From: Macrostomum lignano
Lineage: Eukaryota
Direction of reading: 5' to 3'
Length of the DNA stretch: 64,000 nt
Assembly: GCA_002269645.1 (NCBI GenBank)
Contig: NIVC01000090.1
Coordinates: 62,001-126,000, forward strand
The notes beneath the pieces were generated by a model. It did not search any database. It had not been told where the DNA came from and was given only the letters and a program-made list of their open reading frames with translations. Made by a program: the position numbers and the translations under genes. The first letter of the stretch is position 1. Every line of letters starts with the position of its first letter. Of the stretch, positions 55,701 through 64,000 are shown piece by piece.

Positions 55701-58700
55701 TGTCTGTAGATCTGTAGAAGATATGTCTGTCTGTAGATCTGTAGACCTGTCTGTAGATCTGTAGACTTGTCTGTCTGTAGATCTGTAGACCTGTCTGTAG
55801 ATCTGTAGACCTGTCTGTCTGTGGATCTGTAGACCTGTCTGTCTGTAGTTCTGTAGACCTATCTATCTGTAGATGATATGTCTGTCTGTGGATCTGTAGA
55901 CCTGTCTATCTGTAGATCTGTAGACCTATCTGTCTGTGGATTTTTCGACCTATCTGTCTGTGGATCTGGAGACCTGTCTGTCTGTGGATCTGGAGACCTG
56001 TCTGTCTGTGGATCTGGAGACCTGTCTGTCTGTAGATCTGTAGAAGATATGTCTGTCTGTAGATCTGTAGACCTGTAGACTGTAGAAATACGGCAATTTC
56101 TCTGCATAGCTACCTTATTTCAACTCCGTCCATGCTCCTTAGACTCGTTGGATGTACTGAAGCATAGTGACTGTCTCCTAGACTGCTAGTAACCAGTGAC
56201 TGTATTCATATTTCCTTATACAGACTCTTCTTTTCGCAAATATTGGCTTGCATAGCAAAGTGAAGCTCAACTCGTGTCCTGCATGCGAGTCTGCGCAGCC
56301 CTCTTGATTGATGAACGAGTTCAGTATGGTACCTTGTTTAATAAAAACCCTATGAGGAACTCTTTTCCCAGTGAATATTATTTGCATTCGTCAGGCTTGT
56401 CGAAAATTTTTATTTGTAGCCCTGTTCGTATTGGAGATTCTGTTGCTGATCCTTGGCGTGGTTGTACTAATCCGGTTGCGCTATTTTGTCAGCTGCACTG
56501 GTCGGTATTCGCCTATTCGAGTTATGACAGGTTGGTTTTAGGTATTCGGGTGGGGATTTGTAACTGTTATCTTTGCGGGTTGTAGCGCTGTTTATGTCTA
56601 ATGCTGGACCTGAGAATCGAGGAGTTGTCGGGGTAGGCTGTGTCATTGTGTATGACCCTGGGAATCGAGGGGTTGTGCGGGTAGACTGGGTAATTGTATG
56701 ACCCTGGGAATCGAGGGGTTGTGCGGGTAGACTGGGTCATTGTAGGAACCTGGGAATCGAGGTGTTGCGAGGGTAGACTAGGTCATTGTAGGACCCTGGG
56801 AATCGAGGGGTTGTGAGTTAGACTGGGTCATTGTAGGAACCTGGGAATCGAGAAGTTGCGGGGGTAGACTGGATCATTGTAGAACCCTGGGAATCGAGGG
56901 GCTGTGGGGGTAGACTGGGTCATTGTAGGACCCTGGGAATCGAGGGGCTGGGGGTAGACTGGATCATTGTAAAACCCTGGGAATCGAGGGGCTGTGGGGG
57001 TAGACTGGGTCATTGTAAAACCCTGGGAATCGAGGGGTTGTGGGGATAGACTGGGTCATTGTGTATGACCCTGGGAATCGAGGGGCTGTGGGGATAGACT
57101 GTGTCATTGTAGGACCCTGGGAATCGAGGGGTTGTGCGGGTAGACTGGGTAATTGTATGACCCTGGGAATCGAGGGGTTGTGAGTTAGACTGGGTCATTG
57201 TAGGAACCTGTGAATCGAGGGGTTGCGGGGGTAGACTGGGTCATTGTAGAACCCTGGGAATCGAGGGGTTGTGAGTTAGACTGGGTCATTGTAGAACCCT
57301 GGGAATCGAGGGTTTGTGGGGGTAGACTGGGTCATTGTAGGACCCTGGGAATCGAGGGGTTGTGACTTAGACTGGGTCATTGTAGAACCCTGGGAATCGA
57401 GGGTTTGTGGGGGTAGACTGGGTCATTGTAGGACCCTGGGAATCGAGGGGTTGTGAGTTAGACTGGGTCATTGTAGAACCCTGGGAATCGAGGGTTTGTG
57501 GGGGTAGACTGGGTCATTGTAGGACCCTGGGAATCGAGGGGTTGTGGGGGTAGACTGGGTCATTGTAGGACCCTGGGAATCGAGGGGTTGTGACTTAGAC
57601 TGGGTCATTGTAGAACCCTGGGAATCGAGGGTTTGTGGGGGTAGACTGGGTCATTGTAGGACCCTGGGAATCGAGGGTTTGTGGGGGTAGACTGGTTCAT
57701 TGTAGAGACGAGACAGACCATGTGAGTTGGAAGAAATCGAATTCCACATGTATACGGAATTGATGGTAATTTCAGTGGTAGTGGCCGTGAACTGGTCAGT
57801 GACAGTGCTGGTGCTGCTCACAGTCTGGTGCGTGTTCGATCGTGCCGGCCGTAGCTGGGTGAAAACTCGCCGCTTTCAACAGCAACAACAGCAGCGCCAG
57901 CAGCAACGCAGAAGCGTTCTCGATGCGACGAAACGACGAAAAACTGGCAGCAGTCGGAGACGAAATCTGAAGCATAGGTGAATTCCTGAGCAGGCACACA
58001 AGGGCGCGGATACGTACGCAGTCATACGCACAGGCACACACTAACACATGCGCAACTGCTGGCCGATCTGGTCAATGTATCTTATGGTGGACCAGGGGTT
58101 CGTCGATAAAATGCCCACCCAAAAGAAAAGGCGTAGTACTAATTAGATGACGAGGCATTTACCCTTATAGGACAGTCATAGTTACTCCTGCCGTTTACCC
58201 AACGTTGCGTGAATTATGCTTAAGGATTTCTTTCACAGGTATGTCGCACGGCCAGTGTAAATCAGGGGGTTGCGCATGCATGCACACACTCACACAGGAG
58301 TGTACAGCGGCCCTAACTTTATTTATCGTTAGGCATGTACACTTACTTCACTGTGCCTTGGGGGGTTGGTCCTTAAGCTGGGCGTTAATCGCACGAGCAG
58401 AGCCAAGCCGAGATTCCAATTTAACCCCAAATTAATGCGACTGCACTTGGAATCGAGCCTGGGCCGCTGGCGCATCAGAGCGCCTAGCTAGAATCAACAC
58501 ACACACAAACTTTTCTTTGAAAATATTGCCCGACTTAGACAAAATTCTCCGGACCGAACCCTTGCCAGGCAGGCTCTGCTTCAGTACGAACAAATCTGGG
58601 ATAGAAGATTTCGTCGGATGTTCTGCTGCCTATCCAATTCAGAAGCTAGTGGCGCAGGTTCTACTGAAGGTGCTTTTGCCGAAGTTGCTAGGCTGTTCTC

Positions 58701-61700
58701 GGATTTTTTCCAGGATCTGGACGTGGTACCGTCGGATGTGGTGGCTGGATTGGTGCTGCTTCGGCGATGCCAGAAACTGCTTGCTAGAGAAACGCTTAAG
58801 GTAATTTTCCAGTTTGTGATTGATTGATGAGAATAAATGCAATAATTACATAAAATAGATGCGATTGTGTAAGCTCTGAGGTGTCATTGTGTAAGCTCTG
58901 AGGTGCCATTGTGTAAGCTCTGAGGTGCCATTGTGTAAGCTCTGAGGTTTCATTGTGTAAGCTCTGAGGTGTCATTGTGTAAGCTCTGATGTGTCATTGT
59001 GTAAGCTCTGAGGTGCTATTGTGTAAGCTCTGAGGTGTCATTGTGTAACCTCTGATGTGTCATTGTGTAAGCTCTGATGTGTCATTGTGTAAGCTCTGAG
59101 GTGCTATTGTGTAAGCTCTGAGGTGCTATTGTGTAAGCTCTGAGGTGCTATTGTGTAAGCTGTTAACTTGTGTAGGCTGTTGTTCTGTTAACCATGTAAC
59201 TTTTCAACATAGGCTCTAAGGATGAGTTAACTCTCGAAGATCAATTCTGTAACTGCATATAAACTATTTACCTATTGTTATTTAGGATAAATCCAATCAA
59301 GTTCTTCAATTCATGTCGGGCCGACCAATTTACTTGTCAACAAATTTTTTGCAACTTACCGATCCAATTGAACTGAGTAATTATCGGATCGCTTTGCGTT
59401 GTATGAAATACGCACTGGCCGCCTATGGATGCCCTATGCTAGCTTATACTGGTCGGCTCTGCTGCCTGCTGTGTGATCTGAACATGTGCTGCTGCGGAAG
59501 GTTTGTTAACTATTTTATATAGATAGATTTTAAATAGATTTTCTAATGTCGAAGTCTTCGGATTGCTGGTTAAAGTACATGTGGTACTCTTTAGGTCCCT
59601 AGGAATCGAGGATTTTAGGGTTAAAGTACATGTGGTTCCCTTTAAAACCCTGGGAATCGAGGGATTTTGGGGTAAAGTACAATTGGTAGTCTCAGTAATC
59701 TAGAGGCTTATTAGGGCTAAATTATCATCAAAAGTGTTACCCTTTTGGACCCAGGGATTCGAGAGGCTTAGGGTTAAAGTGTCACTGATACCCTTTAGCA
59801 CATTAGAAATCTAGGGGCTTATAGGGTTACAGTACAAGTGGTACTCTTTAGGACTCTGGGAATCGAGGAGTTAGAGTTAAAAATATCATTGGTGGCTCCC
59901 TTTATCTATCCCTTTACGATAGATTATCTATCGTAATCTATGGCTTAGGGTTAAAGTACCCGTATACTAATAAAATCCTAACTTTCTGTAATCCTAAATA
60001 GCCTCATTAATTAAATGAATTTCTATCTATAGTGCTCAAACTCTAACTAGAGAAGACCGACCGAGACGCGACAGCACTGCATCGTGCAGTTCAGTTTGTA
60101 ACAGCGCAGACAATGACTACTGCGATAGTGACAATTCAGATAGATCCCAAACAGCTGGTTGTTGTTGCTGCCGATTGTACAGACCTGAAGCCAGCATTGA
60201 AGCTTTATTGAGACAGCGGGGCATTGACGGCAGTCAATTCCGATTGTTGCACCTATGCACCGATTTGGGCATCGAGCGTACGCCGTTCTACGTTGGAATT
60301 GATTATCGAATGCGACGGGTTATTGTAGCGATTAGGGGTACTCTGTCGCTGCAAGATGTTCTCACGGATTTGACCGCCGATTCCGAAGCGATTCCCGGCT
60401 GTGGCAGCGGTGGCGGAGCTGTGGAGGACGACAGTGACGAAGGCTGGTTCGGGCATCGGGGCATGGTTCGAACTGCTATCTATATTCAGGTGCGGTATCT
60501 AATTTTATTGTTCAAAATGTACTTTTGTAATGAATTAGTAGTAAGGGGTTTTAGCCTATAGTGGTTAGAGCATCGGACTCACGACGGAAAGGTCGGAGGT
60601 TCGATTCTCGACCCACTCGAAACAGCTTGTGTCGTTGAGCAAGACAACTCTGCATTGCTTCAGTTCATCCAGCTGTAAAATGGGTGCCAGCATTAGCTGG
60701 GATAATTGAAGCTGTGTGTGGCGACCCCCAGTCCTCGGACTGAACAGCCGTACGCAGCCTTCAGATGCGCCGCGCGATAGCTGCGGCTGAGCTGTCAGTT
60801 GCACATCCGGCCCGATTAGGGCAGGTGTAATCAATTATTATTTTTTTCAAATACATTAATTAGTATATTGCGCACTTTTAAAGCAGTACAAAGTGTACAT
60901 TTCAGGTGTATAATTTGTACTTTTTAAAGTAACAACTGTACTTTATTGAACTAGTACTGGGTGTACTTTTTAAAAATTATAATGCCTAAAGAAAGTACTT
61001 TTGTGTTATTTTGTGGAATAGTAAAGAATGTACTTTTGTTCCATAGTACAAAATGTACTTTTCAAACATTTTCAGTCAACCCTGGCCAAGCGCAGACTAA
61101 TCGAGCAGGCCCTAGACGAGCCTAATTGCCAGAATTTCGACCTGATACTCACCGGTCACAGCCTTGGCGCTGGCATTGCCTCTATACTAGGCTTATTGAT
61201 GCGACCAATCTACGGTCAACGACTGCAAGTGCTGGCGTTTAGTCCGCCTGGTGGACTTTTATCTTTATCGGCACTTAATTATTCCAAAGAATTCATCACC
61301 TCAGTAGTGGTTGGCAAAGACGTCATACCTCGGGTTGGCCTGCCGCAGCTGGAGCAGCTCCGATCGAGTTTAGTTCGATTAATAAGCAGCTGCGAACGGC
61401 CGAAGTGGTGCATTATTGGTTCCGGCCTGTGCGGTTGCTGCTGCTGCTGCTACTGCTGCTGCTCGAACAGCGATGAAGACAGTCTGATGCTGACTACTTA
61501 TAGTAGGACAGTTGATGAACTGAATGACAGGGAAGCAGCTGTACCAGCGCCTGTTGTTGCCGCGGTTACGCATCGGCCGTTGCATCTGCCTGGTAGAATT
61601 TGGCACCTGGTTCGCGAGGACAAACTGCTCAGCAGTAATAATAGTAATAATAATAGTGCTAATAATCAGCGCGGAAATAAGCGACGAGAGAAGTTGTTAG

Positions 61701-63310
61701 AATTTCGAGTCATCGATTCAGAGTTTACCGATTTTGAAGAGGTAATTTAACAGTTGTTTGTTGTAATACTTCTATGACACTTTGTTGCTAGGGGTTTGCT
61801 TTAAACCCTGTTGAAAATGTTACCGTGACAATAATCGCTAGAGAGTCATTGGGGCGACTCTTCTGTGACGAGGGTGCCGGCATTAGCTGGGGTAATTGAG
61901 CATCTATGTGTGGCCGTGTGTGTGTGGCCGTACGCAGCCAGCAGCCTTCAGATGCGCCGCGCAAATAGCTGCGGCTGAGCTGTCAGTTGCACATCAAGGC
62001 AGGTTGTAATCAATTATTATTAATTTTATAAATGCGATTCTAATTCATTAAGTGACGCAGATGCGCTTTAGACACGACCCAGTGATTCTACAGACAATAA
62101 AACACCACTAAATTACTCTTAAGCGACTCTTTGATGACTTATTTGGCGACTTGTACCGTAACATCTCGTCGTTTTAAAGTCGTCTAGAGTCACTTCTTTC
62201 CTTTGTTTACCTGTGTTGCTAACAGCGACTCTGGGGGAAGACGAAAGTACCGTTGTTAGTAACTACTAGACTTGTTATAAAATAATTGGCTCTTACTGAC
62301 CAATTCGCCACCTTCAGGTGTTGGTGTCGCCTTCAATGGTGCAGCATCACATGGCTGATTACGTATTGGATGCGCTAGAATCTGTGGCCCCAGCAGGTTT
62401 TCATGCCGATCAGTTTTTCAACGATCAAACAATTATTGCTGACGGCTCCCATGAAGAAATTGGAGAATCAGTATTGTTGGGTACAGCGGCTACTACTGTA
62501 TCAGCATCCGGTGATGCTTCATCTTTAATTAGAGCTAGTCGGTTAGCAACTAAAAGTCTGAGAACGCCCAGATCGAGTACTCTGCCATCGCGATTAGGCC
62601 CATTGACACCTAACTGGCTTCCTATCGATCAAATTAATGCCAGTAATAGTAATCGGACTTCTCACGTTGCTAAGCAACTAGCCGCTGCGCCCTTGGCAAC
62701 GCCGGAATCTTTATCGATAGCATCGTCTAGGATTCTGTCTTCCAAGCTATCAGTAGCCGCATCCGCGGAGGACAAGCCCCTGTCGGATGAAGATGATGAA
62801 GATAGCGACAATTTTGAAATGCCAATGCGCAGTCAACTGCAAAGGCCGGTGTCTCTGCACGAGAATTTAAGCGGCTATTGTTACTACCTGTTCCCCGACG
62901 AGGAGAGCGGCAGACGGAGACCGTTTGACGATATTTTGCCGAAGCCTAGGATTGACTTTGGTCGGATTGCCCACGCGGTTGGTAATAGACAATTGCTGTT
63001 GAAGCAGCAACAGCAGCAGCAGCAGCAATGCACTCTGCCGCACAGTTTATCCTCTTGCGAGACTTTAATCCCATCTGCTAAAGGAGAGCACAGTTTTCCA
63101 GACGACACCGTTATAGTTGTCGCATCGGCTATGCTACATACTACTGCTACTGCTAATAGTAGTAGTAGTAGTAGTAATATTAGCAACTATAATTTCAACA
63201 AACAAGAGCCAACAGATGATTGTCAATCTGTTGAGAGGACGCCTCAAATGCTGCGTTCATCTGGTGCTGTCTTGTGCAGACACTCGGATAGAAGAGTTGA
63301 TTACGTGTGA
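52773..63310 (+). CDS. DAGLA: Diacylglycerol lipase alpha-like; exons 52773-52867, 53625-54028, 56420-56530, 57776-57977, 58569-58800, 59286-59500, 60033-60489, 61076-61741, 62318-63310
   Basis: MPGLVLFKRRWSIGSDD start, four TM segments, FF.DLDVVPSDV.AGL, IRGTLSLQDVLTDL, GHRGM, GHSLG nucleophile, FSPPGG, KDVIPR; all junctions GT-AG in phase. Confidence 0.92.
52940..53560. repeat. Degenerate ~21-bp minisatellite (AAACTCATTCTAAGAAATCGC)
   Basis: Fills DAGL intron 1. Confidence 0.85.
54100..54650. repeat. CT-rich 24-bp minisatellite (CCTTCCTCTCTCCCGTACTCTCTC)
   Basis: Direct reading. Confidence 0.95.
55310..56085. repeat. ~20-bp minisatellite (CTGTCTGTAGATCTGTAGAC)
   Basis: Direct reading. 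Confidence 0.9.
56605..57705. repeat. ~43-bp minisatellite (GGGTCATTGTAGGACCCTGGGAATCGAGGGGTTGTG..TAGACT)
   Basis: About 25 units filling DAGL intron 3; degenerate relatives at 59590-59880. Confidence 0.93.
57984..58483 (-). mobile_element. SINE family A copy interrupted by a 233-bp insert (58049-58281)
   Basis: SINE body resumes after the insert; 15-bp duplication GCACACACT(A/C)ACACA flanks it. Confidence 0.8.
58138..58200 (-). other. 28S rRNA-derived fragment (R2 / I-PpoI target region), not an rRNA gene
   Basis: Minus strand GGGTAAACGGCAGGAGTAACTATGACTGTCCTATAAGGGTAAATGCCTCGTCATCTAATTAGT versus conserved 28S GGGTAAACGGCGGGAGTAACTATGACTCTCTTAAGGTAGCCAAATGCCTCGTCATCTAATTAGT. Confidence 0.85.
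58868..59162. repeat. ~22-bp minisatellite (TGTGTAAGCTCTGAGGTGTCAT)
   Basis: About 13 units. Confidence 0.92.
60545..60842 (+). mobile_element. CORE-SINE family B, CpG-intact copy
   Basis: Near-identical to 28884-29190. Confidence 0.85.
61817..62200. mobile_element. Unclassified dispersed repeat copy 2, containing a 3' fragment of SINE family B (~61878-62022)
   Basis: Shared ends with 51640-52100; internal CATTAGCTGGGGTAATTGAG...CAATTATTATT matches family B. Confidence 0.7.
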
Positions 63311-63474
63311 AGGTCATTCATATTTAGAGATCCTAATCATAGATTGAAACAATTCTGTTGCTATGGTTATTTTACTAATTTTTATTGTTGGTAGTGGAGC
63401 TTCCATTTCGATCATTGATTTGAATTTAATTACTTTTATAGAGGCAGTTTTGCCCATGCTTCCCTAGTATTTGA

Positions 63475-64000
63475 AGAGCCCCTTCATCAATCCTTGAATC
63501 AGCTTCTCCGCTCCCTCATCAGTCCTTGAATCAGCCTCTGTGCTACCTGCACCAGTCCTTGAATCAGCCTCCACTCCTTCATCAGTCCTTGAATCAGCCT
63601 CCACTCCTTCATCAGTCCTTGAATCAGCCTCTCTGCTCCTTCATCAGTCCTTGAATCAGCCTCTCTGCTCCTTCATCAGTCCTTGAATCAGCCTCTCCGC
63701 TCCTTCATCAGTCCTTGAATCAGCCTCTGTGCTCCTTCATCAGTCCTTGAATCAGCCTCTCTGCTCCTTCATCAGTCCTTGAATCAGCCTCTCCGCTCCT
63801 TCATCAGTCCTTGAATCAGCCTCTGTGCTCCTTCATCAGTCCTTGAATCAGCCTCTCCGCTCCTTCATCAGTCCTTGAATCAGCCTCTCCGCTCCTTCAT
63901 CAGTCCTTGAATCAGCCTCTCCGCTCATTCATCAGTCCTTGAATCAGCCTCTCCGCTCCTTCACCAGTCCTTGAATCAGCCTCTCCGCTCCTTCATCAGT
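63475..64000. repeat. 32-bp minisatellite (TCCTTCATCAGTCCTTGAATCAGCCTCTCCGC), runs off window
   Basis: About 16 units. Confidence 0.95.

Noticed and set aside
54069-57198. LSLPLSRT, ERGRERVR and TQSTPT ORFs
   Set aside because: Intronic CT-rich and 43-bp arrays of the DAGL gene.
58138-58200. Functional 28S rRNA gene
   Set aside because: Only a short altered fragment inside an intron; no rDNA context.

Overview
Animal (eukaryotic) genomic DNA with GT-AG spliceosomal introns; style (introns swollen by many different minisatellites, poly-Q/poly-C coding runs) is suggestive of a free-living flatworm such as Macrostomum, but this is inference. Seven protein genes can be built by hand: a CD-MPR/ATG27-like receptor, alpha-endosulfine/ARPP19, a PH-FYVE Phafin/PLEKHF, a TM-less synaptotagmin-15-like tandem-C2 protein, GPR19, a CCDC154-like coiled-coil protein (two candidate microexons) and diacylglycerol lipase alpha. 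Mobile DNA includes the 5' end of a Ty3/Gypsy element, an internally deleted Tc1/mariner-type element, a frameshifted Crypton tyrosine recombinase, hAT and Mutator-type MITEs and two tRNA-derived SINE families. The most striking signal is two sharply bounded intergenic domains (~6.2-8.4 kb, ~46.7-51.1 kb) almost devoid of CpG and rich in TpA, in which repeat copies show directional C>T/G>A change at both CpG and CpA relative to intact intronic copies: a RIP-like or dense-methylation footprint. Second, a 233-bp insert nested in a SINE carries the 28S rRNA R2/I-PpoI target region with a scar at the cut site. All counts are manual.
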